Shown: one piece after another, positions 1-15,683 of the stretch
Numbering within the stretch: position 1 is the stretch's first letter
How the letters are laid out: each line of letters begins with the position of its first letter
From: Emiliania huxleyi CCMP1516
Lineage: Eukaryota
NCBI RefSeq assembly: GCF_000372725.1
Contig: NW_005201154.1
Span: forward strand, 1 to 64,000
DNA: 64,000 nt
Direction of reading: 5' to 3'
Translations under genes and position numbers: made by a program
The notes under the pieces: generated by a model
Databases searched by the model: none
Told to the model about the DNA's origin: nothing
The model's input: only the letters and a program-made list of their open reading frames with translations

Positions 1-2561
1 GCATCCACGTGTGCTGGGGCAACTACGCCGGCCCGCACCACCACGACATCGCCGCGGCCGAGATCTGGCCGGTGGTCGCCAAGGTCAAGGCGAAGTTCAT
101 CCTCACCGAGGCGGCCAACCCGCGGCACGCGCAGGACGCCAAGGCCTTTGAGGACGCGTGCGCGCGCGGCCTCTTCGAGGCGCCAAAGGTGATCGTCCCC
201 GGCGTGATCGACACGACCGCCGCGCGGGTCGAGCACCCCGCCCTCGTCGCCGAGCGGCTGCTCCGCTTCGTCAAGGCGGTTGGTCACCCGTCGCGCGTTA
301 TCGCCGGCACGGACTGCGGGATGGCGACCACCGCAAAGTCGTCCGCCATCACGTCCGACATCGCGTGGCTCAAGCTCGAGGCGCTCGTCGAGGGCGCCGC
401 GCTCGCCACCAAGATGCTCCTCGAGGTGTCTGCGCCCGTCCCGATGCCCGGGCCCAAGCTCAACCCGACGCCCTTCCGCGCCGCCGTCATCTGCGACGCG
501 GCGAGCGCCGCGCCGTCGGAGCTCGTCGCCGAGCTGCAGCGGCGCACCTCCTCCACCGACCTCTTCGGCGCGTCGGCGGGCAAGGGCGTCGAGGCGACGG
601 CGGTGGAGGCCTTCGAGAAGCTCCGCTGGGCGGTCGACTTCCCGCTCGCCGTCGTGGCCGTCGGGCCGATGGCGCAGTCGGCGGCGGTGCGGCTCGCGGC
701 GCTGCTGCGCCAGGCGTCCTCGGGCGCCTCGCGCCGGCCGTGCGAGCTCTTCTTCGCCGGCGAGGCCGCGGCGAGCCCGTCCGGCGTGAACGCCGTCAAG
801 GGGTCGCCGCCCGCGATGGCGACCGCCATCTCGACCGCCATGCTCGCAAACACGGGCTTCGACAAGCGCGCGCTGCTGCACGGCCGCAACGCCAAGCCGC
901 TCCCCGAGGAGGTGGACGTCGTGGTGATCGGCGCCGGCCTGCTCGGCCTTATGGCGGCCGCGCGCCTAAAGAAGAACGGCCACAAGGTCGCCGTGCTCGA
1001 GCAGCGCTCCATCGTCGGCGGGATCTGGTCCATGTACGCCAACTCGACGTCGCAGGTCAACTCGTCCGAGGGCGGCTACAACATCAAGGACCTGCTGCCC
1101 GAGGGGAGCCCGCGCAAGGCGGCGGACAACCGCGACCACTCGACCGCGGCCGAGATCCTCAAGGACATCGCCGCCCTCGGCGACTCGCTCGCCGACGTCA
1201 TCTACACGCGCGTGAGCGTCGCAAAGGTGCTCGGCACCAACGGCGACTACACGACCGTCGTCTCGGACCTCAACGCGGGCGACGAGGGCGCCGCCGCCGT
1301 CGTCCGCTCGACCGGCGTCGTGCTCGCCATCAACGACCGCGTCGGCCTGCCGCGCCCGCTGCGCGTGCCGGGCATGAACCGCTTCAGCGGTGTCATGGCG
1401 GACGGCACCTCGGACGCGCTGTCCGGCGTCTCGTGGCAGGGCAAGCGCGTCGTCGTCTTCGGCATGGGCGCCTTCGCCGTCGAGAACGTGCGCACGGCGC
1501 TCGAGAGCGGCGCCTCGCACGTGACCGTCGTCGCGCGCCGCCTCGGCACCATCTGCCCAAAGATGATCGACTACCTCAACTTCGTCAAGCCGTGGGACGA
1601 GCAGTACCGCCACGACCCGCTCACAAACATCAAGCAGATGAAGTGCTGGCGCGACTGCTACATCAAGTCGGGCGCGGTGGCGCCCGAGGTGTGGCCCGGC
1701 AAGGTGAAGCACGACGGCCACACCATCAGCGTGAGCGACATCTGGTTCGTCGCCCACCACCTCGGCAAGATGTGCACCAAGGTGGGCACGCTCGAGTCGA
1801 TGGTCGAGGGCGGCTGCGTCCTCTCGGACGGCTCCTTCCTCCCGGCCGACATCGTGCGCCCTCCCCTTGCCCCACCCGCCCGCCGACGCCGCCGCGGGCT
1901 CCGCCCCATCCTCGCACCCTCACCGCCGCCGCCGCCCACGCCGCGCAGGTGGTTGGCTGCATCGGCTTCACGCGCAACACGACCTTCTGCGAGCAGCTCA
2001 CCGGCCGGACCGTTGTGATGCACTCAAACTACCTCGACAAGAACATGATGTACCTCGCCGACGCCGAGATCGACGAGACGGCCTTCAACTCCTTCTTCGG
2101 CTCCTCCGTGCTCGAGTACGCAAAGTTCTACACCAACACCTACGTCCAGGCCTTCGAGCGGCCCGACGCGCTCGGCTCCATCCTGTGGGGGGCCGCCGTG
2201 AAGCGCACGCCCGTCTCGCTGCGCAAGTGGACGCAGTACATCGCCGTCGCTCAGGAGCTCATCGAGAAGGACACCACGATGCGCGGCCTCGCGGCCGACC
2301 AGGTCCGCGAGCGGACGAAGCACTTCTACCGCACCATGTCGCCCGAGGCCTTCCTCGAGGTGCGAGCACCGCACTGGCGCCCCGCTGCCAGCCACGCCGC
2401 GTTTTCACACCTTGGCCCTGCTCGCATAGGTCAACCGCCTCGAGTGGGAGGAGCTGCACGAGCGGCTCAACGGCAGCCCGGTCAGCAAGGACAAGCAGCT
2501 GCCCTACCTCTTCGGCGCGGCGCCCTCGTGGTGCGCGCCGGCGAACGAGGTGCTCCCGTGA
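1..2561 (+). CDS. Fusion of a cobalamin-independent methionine synthase-like (MetE/EaCoMT family) Zn domain with an FMO/BVMO-type flavin monooxygenase; 5' end lies outside the window
   Basis: The N-terminal part has IHVCWGNYxGPH (HxC), GVIDTT...VEHPxLVAERL and AGTDCG. The same exon continues into DVVVIGAGLLG, GGIW and VVVFGMGAFAVE Rossmann motifs. GT-AG introns lie at 1854-1948 and 2360-2429, and TGA is at 2559-2561. Confidence 0.85.
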
Positions 2562-2798
2562 GTGGCTCAGAGGCCCTCGGAGTGGTCCCACGCCAGAGCG
2601 CCAGCCGGTCGGAGCGACTTTGGCGCTCAGCGCTCTTGTACCATGAGTACGGTACGCGGACTCTCGTTAGTACGTACCCTCCAAGTGTTCGAATGAGATT
2701 GGAGATTGGGGGCTTTTGCCGAGGGAGAGAAAGAGAGAGAGCGAGTCGGGACGTGTGTCGCTGTCGGGAGAGACGGGCCGCGCGGCGAGGGCGACGTG

Positions 2799-3656
2799 TC
2801 AGATATCAGCTACGCCCCCTCCGGCTCCGCGCGGCGTGCTCCAGTTCAGTCCAGATCGATACTCACTCAAGTCTATGTAGGTTGCAGCTAAACGCGATCT
2901 ATCCATGATCCCGTGGGGGCTGCGGGGGAATCTGGTATCTAGCGCGTGTGGCGCTAGCATCGGCCGCCCATCGCCGCACGCGGCCTCCTCCTGCCGCTCG
3001 TCATCCTCCGCCTCGAGGGCGTCCGCCAGCGCGCTGCGCTGCACACCCCGGCGCACAGGAGGCGGCGCCGGCCGCACCTCGGCCGCCTCGGCGTCGCCCG
3101 CGGCACGGGCGCCCCGCTCGCCGTCCGCGCGGTCCATCGCCGCATCCCCATCCCCGTCTGCGGCGGCGCCTCCTGCGCCCGTGCCGGCCTGCTCTGGGAC
3201 GGCTCGCCACCGCTCGTCGTCCAGCATGTGCCACCACCGCCGATCCGAGTAGCCGTCGTACTCGACCTCGTGCACGATCCGTCCGTCCCGGTCCTCCTCC
3301 CGCGCCATGACGGTCGCAGGGTACCACCGCTCGCTGTCGCAGAAGATCTCGAGGCGCGATCCGGTGGACAGGACAGTGTGGCCGTCGAGCGCCGCCCTGG
3401 CATCCTCGCGCTTTCGCTTCCGCCGCTTCGCCTTCGTCTCCTTGCTGCGCAGCAGAGTGTAGTTCGGGCCCACCTCCGCCACGCTGTCCAGCACGTGGAC
3501 GGCGCTCGCCATCTCGACCGCGGCGTCGTCCGGCGGAAGCTCCGCGTCACCCGCGGCCGCTTCCCGAGCGCGCTCGTCGCGCATCCGCTCGTGGTGGGCC
3601 TGCCGACGCGCCACGCCGTCGCCCGTGTGCCTCGCCGCCGCGTCCGGCGACGGCAT
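2799..3656 (-). CDS. Hypothetical protein with a Tudor/Agenet-like domain
   Basis: GSRLEIFCDSERWYPATVM...HEVEYDGYSDRRWW resembles the Tudor-fold WYxAxV...VxYDGY pattern. A basic NLS-like stretch (KAKRRKRKR) precedes it. Boundaries are uncertain. Confidence 0.45.
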   Translation of the reverse strand: MPSPDAAARHTGDGVARRQAHHERMRDERAREAAAGDAELPPDDAAVEMASAVHVLDSVAEVGPNYTLLRSKETKAKRRKRKREDARAALDGHTVLSTGSRLEIFCDSERWYPATVMAREEDRDGRIVHEVEYDGYSDRRWWHMLDDERWRAVPEQAGTGAGGAAADGDGDAAMDRADGERGARAAGDAEAAEVRPAPPPVRRGVQRSALADALEAEDDERQEEAACGDGRPMLAPHALDTRFPRSPHGIMDRSRLAATYIDLSEYRSGLNWSTPRGAGGGVADI

Positions 3657-4030
3657 CAGTGCTGTCCGCCCGAGCGTGACTCGCCACTCCACGACCTCCA
3701 CGACCTCCACGACCGCCGAAAAGCACGACCGCCCAAATCTCGAACACATCTCGAGTCCTCTCACTAGTTACATACATATTTCTGCGCGGTCTGGCACACG
3801 ATGTGCGCGGTGTTTGTGACGTTGATGTGCCCGCCTTCTCCAAAAGCAAAACACCTCTCCGAGACGCTCCCCATCCACCTCCCCGGCTCCGAGAGGCGAC
3901 CCGGGCGCCCTGCGACCATCTTCTTCTCGAGGCCCTACATCCCTACTACTATCTTACAACAGTACGTCAGTGACACAGGATACAAAGACTCCTCACAGCG
4001 ATCGCGCAACGTCAAGTGGCTCACGCATCG

Positions 4031-4825
4031 TCAAGCTACAAACAAAGACTCCTCACAGCGATCGCCACCAACCTCGTTGCGGCACGAGCCCACCCGGTAG
4101 CGCCCTCGCCCCTCGAACCCCTCGCGCAAGCTCTTGACGGTGGGCGCCGCGCCTTCTCGGAGGGAGAGCACCAGAACCGAGTCGAAGTCGACGTCGCTCC
4201 AGCAGCGCCTGCAGAGATGGGAGGCGCAGCCGAGCTCCTGGAGCAGCCACGGGACCTGGCAGTGGTCCCAGCTGAGGAGGATCACCGAGCCAGGCGGGTG
4301 CTGCCGAGAGGCCAGCGCAGCCGCAAGCGCAGGCACCTCCTCCTTGGCCAGCGTGGCATTGACTCGCAGCCCAAAGCGCTGTGCAGTCGGCCAGAGCATC
4401 CAGAGGTCGCGATCTGCATAGTCCGGTTCAGCCTCAGCGGGCCGCCGGGCGAAGATATGCGTCGGCGGCGGCAGCGTACTACCGAACAGCTGGGCGAGGA
4501 AAGCGCCGTGCTCATAGCCGCGTGCCGTGCAGAAGCCTGGCGCAGTCGCGTTGGCCACCTTGTCGCAGTGTCGCACGACGATGAGCTGCGTCGTAGCTGC
4601 CGCCTCGGTCATGTACCACGGCGTCATGGGTGCCGGTTCACCCGCACCCTCGAGCGTGGTGCGGGCGAGGGCGCCCAAGGCAGTGGCCGCCACGATGGCG
4701 GTGGCGCTGCTGATCGCGGCCAGGCAGGCGAGCGTCGACCCGCTGCAGCGGCGAGGAGCAATCGCGCTGACGTCAGCGAGGCTTGGTCCGCTGCGTGCAC
4801 GGTCGTGAAGGAATGGCTCTCGCAT
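4031..4825 (-). CDS. Histidine phosphatase (phosphoglycerate mutase) superfamily protein with an N-terminal hydrophobic segment
   Basis: LIVVRHCDK (RH motif), G.C.ARG and VILLSWDH motifs in an intronless ORF. Confidence 0.65.
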   Translation of the reverse strand: MREPFLHDRARSGPSLADVSAIAPRRCSGSTLACLAAISSATAIVAATALGALARTTLEGAGEPAPMTPWYMTEAAATTQLIVVRHCDKVANATAPGFCTARGYEHGAFLAQLFGSTLPPPTHIFARRPAEAEPDYADRDLWMLWPTAQRFGLRVNATLAKEEVPALAAALASRQHPPGSVILLSWDHCQVPWLLQELGCASHLCRRCWSDVDFDSVLVLSLREGAAPTVKSLREGFEGRGRYRVGSCRNEVGGDRCEESLFVA

Positions 4826-5204
4826 CGGAGGCCGCAGTGCAAACAAACCCCTGCGTGTAGTCCCCCCCCATCCCCAGGGCCTCCAGGGCTCGCACCTCAA
4901 CCTCTCACAGGCCAGCGCACAGCGCCATAGGAGGTATTTTCTTCTCAATAACAAGGCTGAGAACACAGGCGAGAGATTTTTCTCTCGACGTTTCTTCTGC
5001 GAAGAAACGTTCAAAACACTCGGTGTCGAAACACCTCTCCGACGCGCTCGACTATAGTCTCCGGTATGCGCTGCGCTACCGTGCCCACAGTTTGCCCCGC
5101 CCCCCGCCCCGATGTGTGCAAAAAGGTTCGGACGGAGATCGACAGTCGGATTCAGGCAACGTTCGCCCCCGAGTCCCAGGGAAGCTAGCGCGACGCGCCT
5201 CCCT

Positions 5205-6314
5205 TCACACTACCGCGCCCGCTCCCGGCGGCCACGCCTCGATCTTCTTGGGCAGCAGCTGGTTCGCCAGGTTCTCTCCGTGGCCTAGGCAGCTGTGCAC
5301 TCCCTCACCCCATGCAAAGACGGCGCCGTCGGCGGTGAGGGCGATGCTGTGGCGATCTCCCGATGACACAGCGACGACGCGGTGGCCGGGCAAGGCCTCG
5401 ACCTTCATGGGCAGGAGCTGGAGCTGCTGGTCGCCGTGGCCCAATCGGCCATGGTCTCCATCGCCCCAGCTCCAGACAGCGCCGTCGGCGGTGAGGGCGA
5501 GGCTATGGAAGTATCCCGCCGACACAGCGACGACGCGCCGGCCAGCCAAGGCCTCGATCTTCTTCGGCAGCAGCTGGTTCGACATGTACATGTCCTCGCC
5601 TTGGCCTAGCCGGCCAGAAACTCCAAAGCCCCAGCTCCAGACGGCGCCGTCGGCGGTGAGGGCGAGGCTGCACGCCCCTCCAGCCGACACAGCGACGACG
5701 AGCTGGTCAGCGAAGGCCTCAACCTTCTTCGGCAGCAGCTGGCCCTGCTGGTCGCCGTGGCCCAACTGGCCAAAGCCTCCGTCGCCCCAGCTCCAGACGG
5801 CGGCGTCGGCAGTTAGGGCGAGGCTGTGGCACTCTGCAGCCGACACGCTCACAGCACGGAGAGGAGAGGGGAGGAGGGTCGGCGTGTTGAGCCGCGTCAC
5901 GCCCTCGCCGTGCCCGAGCAGTCCTGGAAGGTAGGGCGCCCCTGAACCGCACGACGACAGCCGCCCCTCGCCGTCGATGAAGAGGCTGTGCCGTTCGCTT
6001 CCCGCCGCCCTCGCCGGCGGGTTGGACTCGTGCAGGAGCGCAGCCAAGCACAGCCACTGCACGACGCAACGCTCGCCCTCTGGCTGCGCCGGCAGCTCGA
6101 AGCCGCGCTCCTGCGCCCACAAGCGGATGCCCTCCTCTGCAAGCGAGGCGTGAAAGAGCAGCGAGACGGGCGCGACGCGAGCGATGTCGGCGGGGCTGTC
6201 GCAGCGAGAGAGGACGCGCTCGAGGAGCTCCCTGGGGAGGTCGAGGAGCCGGGCGGGCGGCGGCGTGTCTGGCGAGGGCGCGGCGGCGGCGGCGGAGGAG
6301 GCGAGGCGGCACAC
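5205..6314 (-). CDS. F-box-like plus RCC1-repeat protein
   Basis: LLDLPRELLERVL at the N terminus is followed by 4-5 repeats of VSAGxxHSLALTADGAVWSWGxGxxGRLGHGD. The start codon is uncertain because the nearest ATG (6327) is out of frame. Confidence 0.85.
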   Translation of the reverse strand: MCRLASSAAAAAPSPDTPPPARLLDLPRELLERVLSRCDSPADIARVAPVSLLFHASLAEEGIRLWAQERGFELPAQPEGERCVVQWLCLAALLHESNPPARAAGSERHSLFIDGEGRLSSCGSGAPYLPGLLGHGEGVTRLNTPTLLPSPLRAVSVSAAECHSLALTADAAVWSWGDGGFGQLGHGDQQGQLLPKKVEAFADQLVVAVSAGGACSLALTADGAVWSWGFGVSGRLGQGEDMYMSNQLLPKKIEALAGRRVVAVSAGYFHSLALTADGAVWSWGDGDHGRLGHGDQQLQLLPMKVEALPGHRVVAVSSGDRHSIALTADGAVFAWGEGVHSCLGHGENLANQLLPKKIEAWPPGAGAVV

Positions 6315-6993
6315 AACGGGGCGGACATCGCGTGAAAAGAATTTTTCCGGTTTTGCTCCAAGTGTGCCCGCTCAGAGGGACACCACGAAAGCATTTCATG
6401 AGATGTCCCGTGCAGGTGAATGAACTTCTTTCTTGCTACAACCTCGAGCTACAACCACCCTACAGCCTCACCGCTTTCGAACCAAAAAGTGATCGACCAC
6501 CCTCGCCTGCAGCTCGGCAGTCAGCCCGCGCCGCCGCCGCCGCCGAGCCTCACGCGCCGACCTCTGCTCGATCCAGCGGCTCGGGTTGCGCCAACGATAG
6601 GCGGGCCGCTCGGGGCCGCCGCCGCCCGCCCCTCCCGCCTGAGCCTCCGCCTCGGCCTCGGCCTCCTCCGCCTCCTGGACGTGGTTCCCGTCGAGCACCC
6701 ACCGCGAGGTGTCAAGTGTTTCCTCTTGTTGTTGTCCGGTGTGCGCGGGCTGCTCATGCTCATGAGGGGGCGATCGAGCAGCCTACGCCGCGCCGCGTGT
6801 ACCCTTGTGGCCTGCGGCTACTCCCGGTGTAGCGGAGGACAACCCGCACCCGTTGCTGATATAATATGTGCGCCGATTGGGCGTGGCACTTGGAAGTCAG
6901 CCAGTTTTTCTCCTTTCTCCCCCGCGGCGGTTTCAGCGCTGGCCTGCAGCTTTTGCACCCGCCAGCCGGCGACGCGCCCCATCCGCTGCTGCC

Positions 6994-10517
<3,524 letters not shown>

Positions 10518-10876
10518 CACGGAGTTAATTGCGTTTGTTCAGCGTGTTGAGAGAGGAGCGGGGCGACAGTGCCGACAGTCGTGCAGGGCGCTGCCGCGCT
10601 TGCCGCTGGCGAGATTCGTTCTCAATGAGACACGGATGTTGCGGCCTGCCTCGGTCGGAAGATTCTTGTGTGTGTGTGATAGTGAATCTCAACACGAAAG
10701 CAACACTGACGCGCACAATATTAAAACAAAAAGACGCAAATACGAGAGAAGCACGGCGAGACTTTGTCGCGGATACTTTTTGTCCAGCGTGTGTGTCTCT
10801 CGCTGTCGCGTGTCGGGCCGCAGCGCGCAGGCGGATGAGCGGATCGGACGCCCTCTCCCTGCTAGCTGCTAATTGC

Positions 10877-12160
10877 CTAGCCGCGTGGACGTGCTGGACC
10901 TTGGTAATGATGATGCGTTTCGGCGCCGCTTGCCGCCAATTCGGCCAGCAGCGCCGACGCTACCCCCGACGGGTTGCTCGCATAGTCCATGTGCCGACGG
11001 AACGCAGAGTGCCCCCGCCTCCGCATCGCGCCTAGCGAGCGGGCGTGCCATGCCAGGAGCCACGTCGCATCGGCGGCGACGCAAGAGCTGGAAGCTCCCG
11101 GTACGAGGCGGAGCGAGATGTTTGCCCAGTCCACGCTGCTGGGGAAGGGCAGCGCCGTGTAGAAGGTTTGGTTTCTCTGGTTCATCAGATACCCGCTGCG
11201 GAGCAAAACCGGGATGCAGCTCGCGGCGAGGGCGTCGAAAAGCCGACGGCTCGTTATTGTGTCACCGGCCGGCACCAGGCAGATTGACGAGGCCTGATAC
11301 GCGAGGCCAGAGCGCCGGTAGGCCTCGACGTCGAAGGTGCCACGCAGGGCGGACTGGTTGCCACGCGACACCTCTGCGATGCGCAGGTCCACGCTCACAC
11401 TGGACTGCGTGCTCTCGATGCGCACAAATATGCGCTTCATACGGGCACGGTTGCCAAAATCCCAGCGCCCGAGACCGCCGTGGAACATGACTCCCGTACG
11501 CGGAGCACTTGCTCCCGTGCTTGTCGCAAACGCGTGGGCGTAATAAGGCAGCGTGATCGCCTCGGCCATCAGCCGGCGGGCAGGTGAGCGGGCGTTAGGT
11601 CCAAGGTAGGCCATCGTCGGGTCGTTGCAGCCCATTCGCACATTCCCGCTGGCGATTACGCGCTGGAAGGGCTCACCGAGCGTATTGAGCTCAATGCCAG
11701 CAAAGACGATCACAAAGATTGCGCGGCGATTGAGAAAGTGGCGATCGGCAGCGAGCGTCTGCGCTGCGGCCGTCATGCGCTGCCAGTGCGCCGCCGGATG
11801 GCCGCGACGCTCCGCCAGAAGCCTCGAAGCCAGAGCTGGAAGAGAGAGAATGTGGAACGGTGCGCTCTCCGGGTCGTGGGATCGGAGCGGGTGACGCGAA
11901 AGCGCCTGCAGGAGAGGGACATCGACGAGATGCTGCGCTTGCCCAACTGGCCATGCAAGGTCGGGCGGCTGGCCCGAAAGAACATCACGCATCTCATCGA
12001 TGATGTCGCTAAAGTTTAGGCCACCAGATTCGTGCAGGTAGAAGCGGGGACTTTCGCGACTGAGCTCCTTGGAACGGGTGCGTGGCGGCAGCGTGGCTGC
12101 GTCACGGCAGGAGCCGCAGCGCGCGCGACATGCTGATGGCTCACCGCTGCCATGGATCAT
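10877..12160 (-). CDS. Exostosin-family (GT47) glycosyltransferase
   Basis: ALSRHPLRSHDPESAPF and SSICLVPAGDTITSRRLFDALAASCIPV are GT47 signature regions. The ORF is intronless. Confidence 0.85.
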   Translation of the reverse strand: MIHGSGEPSACRARCGSCRDAATLPPRTRSKELSRESPRFYLHESGGLNFSDIIDEMRDVLSGQPPDLAWPVGQAQHLVDVPLLQALSRHPLRSHDPESAPFHILSLPALASRLLAERRGHPAAHWQRMTAAAQTLAADRHFLNRRAIFVIVFAGIELNTLGEPFQRVIASGNVRMGCNDPTMAYLGPNARSPARRLMAEAITLPYYAHAFATSTGASAPRTGVMFHGGLGRWDFGNRARMKRIFVRIESTQSSVSVDLRIAEVSRGNQSALRGTFDVEAYRRSGLAYQASSICLVPAGDTITSRRLFDALAASCIPVLLRSGYLMNQRNQTFYTALPFPSSVDWANISLRLVPGASSSCVAADATWLLAWHARSLGAMRRRGHSAFRRHMDYASNPSGVASALLAELAASGAETHHHYQGPARPRG

Positions 12161-12579
12161 GCTGTGGGCTGCCCACGAGCATGCAAACTCTCCGTCGCAC
12201 CTGCTTTACGATCGTCGGGGGTGTCGTGTCGTGTGTCGCGTGTCCGCCGGCGGGCGGTTGGTTGGGGGTACAACAGTGCATGTTCATGTGTGCGGGGACC
12301 CCTTTGGGCGCCCTGCGGACTCGGACCCGGTACTTCGACAGTGGTTTAGGTATGTTGTTGGCAGAGACAGAGGACTTCGAGGTATGACAACGATGTTGAA
12401 TGTTACCTGGAGGCAGACAGGCCCAAAACAAACCCCCCCCCCCCCTCTCTCACACACACACTCAGATCTCAGTCAGTGCTGAGGCGCGATTTCTGCTTGA
12501 GTTTCAAAATCCTCTCTCACAGGACACAGCAGACTGACTGGCGCCAAGAAAGGGACCACAGCCCATGTCGAAGATTTTG

Positions 12580-13082
12580 CTGAGCCCGTGGTGTACTCGT
12601 CGCTCAGCTGGAGCTAGAGCTGGAGCGCTTCGCTGAGCGTCCGTACGCCCATCTTGAGAGACGCGAGATCAGAGAAACAAGGCGCGCAGCGGCTGGCCTG
12701 ATCAGTGAGCGGGCGAGCTGCCGAGCTCCTCACAGTACACAGCGAGATGAAAGTAGAAAGAAAACGCGCGCGTCGGCCTTCCGGCCCGCTGTGCGCGGGT
12801 CGGTCACCACTCCTTTGCGCGGGGAGGTCTCAGGGCTAGGCAAGGGAAAGAAGTCGGCCGACCCGCGCGATTTCTTTTCCCAGGCCACTAGATCCGCTCG
12901 CAGCGTTTACAGAGGCGCGGACCGCGGTCTCTCTCTCCTCCCGCGCCTGCGGATCTCCCACCCCCCGCCGCGCGCCGCCTCGCGCGGCACCCACATGACC
13001 CAGCCACACAGCCGCAGCGGCAGCGGCAGCGCCGAGTGTGCCGGTCACCCGCGCAATCAGCGGGACCGACTCGCGCGCCCTC
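12580..13082 (-). pseudogene. Inverted duplicate of the upstream region and first exon of the PAS/LOV gene at 25429
   Basis: The reverse complement matches 22530-22860, 23077-23118 and about 25345-25500. It encodes MGVRTLSEALQL* followed by a degraded LSDE..TTGSA. Confidence 0.85.
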
Positions 13083-13100
13083 CCACACACACACACAAAT

Positions 13101-13166
<66 letters not shown>

Positions 13167-14002
13167 ACACGGCACACACACACGCGCGCGCGCAAACAGT
13201 GATTTGGGCTCGGCAGCTTGTCAGCCCTCAGCCGAAGCTGGGGCCGGTCCCGTAGCCGAGAGAGCCCGCGCCGATGAGTTCGACGCGGTCGGGGGGCCTT
13301 GCGGAGAGGCCAGCGAGGTGGCGATCGCTCTGTACTTCATGGCGCCCTCAAAGTGGGGCTGGCTGACTCGCCAGAGGTCGATACTCTGGACGACCCATAG
13401 GATGCCACGAATGCCTGGTCCCTGGAGGAGAGGGAGGCGAGGCCAGAGGCAGACTCAGCTGCTCTCGGGTGATCTCGCTTTGGTGGCCGAAGGACCCGAT
13501 GGTCCTGTCACATTCGCGTTCCGAGTCGTGGGGGTAGAAAAATTCGAGTAGAAATCGAGTCAGCACTTCCTTGTAGTCAGCGGACCGCCAGGCTCGCCGG
13601 CAGCATCCGCAGGGAGGCAGCATATCAGGCACCAGTCTTCTGGAGAGCTCAACAGCTGCGGCCGCGATGGTAGAGTCGGCCGCGGTTCGAGCGAGCAGCT
13701 TTTGGCTGCGGGATCGAATCGCGGAAGGCTCATGCCCTCGCGGAGCGACGCGGGTCGCGCGGCGCGCGCGTGTGCGAACTGCGACAACAGACGACAGACG
13801 ACAGACGCCTGAGCGCTGAGCGACTGAACGACCGTCGCCGCAATCGACACCGCCGCCATTTTGACGAGCAGCGCGAGCGCGCTCGTCGGCGGCCAGCCGT
13901 CGCGGGCCGGGCCGAGCCCAGCCTCAACCGGCCGCGCCGCCGCAGCAGGCCGGGAGGCCCACATGGTGGCCGACCAGCTGATGAGGAGTTCTTTCTCACA
14001 CA

Positions 14003-14056
<54 letters not shown>

Positions 14057-14160
14057 GTCACTGCACAACGGAGCCTGTCGTGCCCTCGAAGATCTTCTTT
14101 CTGGTTAGGTTATCTGTAAGTCAATGCTCGAACTTTCCAAAAAAGAAACCGTTTGGCGTC

Positions 14161-15100
14161 ATGTTGTGCACAAGCTCGCGCACCCGCTCGCGCCTCGCGC
14201 TAACGCTCGCCACGGCTGCCCTCGCCGCCCTGCTCGCTGTGCGCCGCGATCGCGGCTCCGCGGCTCCGTTCGAACGATGCAACATCGCGCGACGAGCGGC
14301 AACCGGGCCGCTGCCGCTGCACACCCAGCACCCATACATCGTGAGGCTGGGACATCGAAACGCGGAGCTGAGGGCGCGGCTGATTCGCGAGCGGCTCCTT
14401 GCCGACATGGGCGATGTCAACTGCACGCCGTCGCAGGCGGGCAGCCAGCGCAAGGGCATCGAGACGATGCGGCTGCGAGAGTACATCGACGGCTGGATGC
14501 AGCGCGAGGTCCGACGCGACTCGTCTCAGAACAAGTACGTCTTCGGCGAGTTTGGCGACGCCTGGGCGCCTCTGCGGGACGCGTACGTGCTCCCGCCCTG
14601 CGGTCCAGCCTGTGACCGGACGCGCGTCGCCGTCACCATCGGCCTGGGTGGACTCCACAGCGGCCGCCCCTGCGAGTGGCGGGAGGGAGGAGGCAGCGCG
14701 GCCGGCTCACGCGCCCGGCCGTGTTGAACTCGTAGGCGCGCCCTGGCACTCTCACGGCGCGGCCTTTGTGGAGGTGCTGCACGGCAGCAAGCACTTTGCC
14801 TTTCTGCCGCCGGGCGACGGCGCGATTGGCGACATCGACGCGATGATCAAGGACCTGTCGCAGGTGCACTGGCATTGGGAGGAGAGGCCTCGGCTCGAGA
14901 GGGAGGGGCGGCTGGCGGCGCTGCAGGAGTGCTCGCTACAACCCGGCGAGGTCCTTTTCTTCCCGCCCTTTTGGCACCACGGAGTCGTGAACCTGATGCC
15001 GTACACTGCGTTTGTGAGCACCTTTCTCGACGAGGAGGCGACGCGGGCCGCCTCGGCGGAAGGAGGTGGGAGGCATCGCGGGGCTCTGCAGAGCTCTTGA
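14161..15100 (+). CDS. JmjC-domain protein, JMJD8-like, with an N-terminal signal or TM segment
   Basis: A GC-AG intron at 14663-14735 joins GLHSG|APWHSHGAAFVEVLHGSKHFAFLPP...LQPGEVLFFPPFWHHGVVNL, an HxH...H variant of the JmjC triad. Confidence 0.85.
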
Positions 15101-15683
15101 GTGTGCCCCCGCGCAACCGCCAACCGGTGCCTAGACCGGTGCCCACGCTGCGGTGTGGCGGTGTGGGAGGTAGGGTGCCCACAGGACCCAAAAGAAAATC
15201 TTTCCCGCTCAAAAAGGGACGCACGAGGCAAATCTGATGTTGGATTGTTCCAATAGGAGCGAGGCCTCTTCCGTTGGGGGGCCGAGTTCATAGGAAACGA
15301 GGGTTTCCCATTGTGACCCGCTCCAGCGCGAGCGTGACACTGCACTTGGCGCCGAGCGCCCGCGGCACGCAGACCTTGTGCAAGCCGTCGCCCTCGGTGC
15401 AAGCACCGGTCCGCCGGACCGGTGGCGCTCGGTGTGGAGCAAGCAAGACCCCCCCCCCCCCCCATCGGCGCGCGCCCGAGGTTTGAACGGCCGCCAGGAG
15501 CACCAAGAGGACTCCTCATGGCTGTGGTCAAGGGGGCTTCGACCGGCCTCGGCTGCCGGGGGGGCGGGTTGTCCCGGCTGCGGACGCGTTCTGCAGCCCC
15601 CTGGGCGTGGGTCAGCACCCCAAAACTGCCCCTCGGCGGCATACAGCACTGCCAGCCAGCCTCTTCCTCCTCCTCAAGGGCTG

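Noticed and set aside
158..2908. 916-aa ORF and the many other Arg/Pro/Ala-rich ORFs in the track
   Set aside because: These are shadow frames of GC-rich genes. Only 1949-2359 of this ORF is a real exon.
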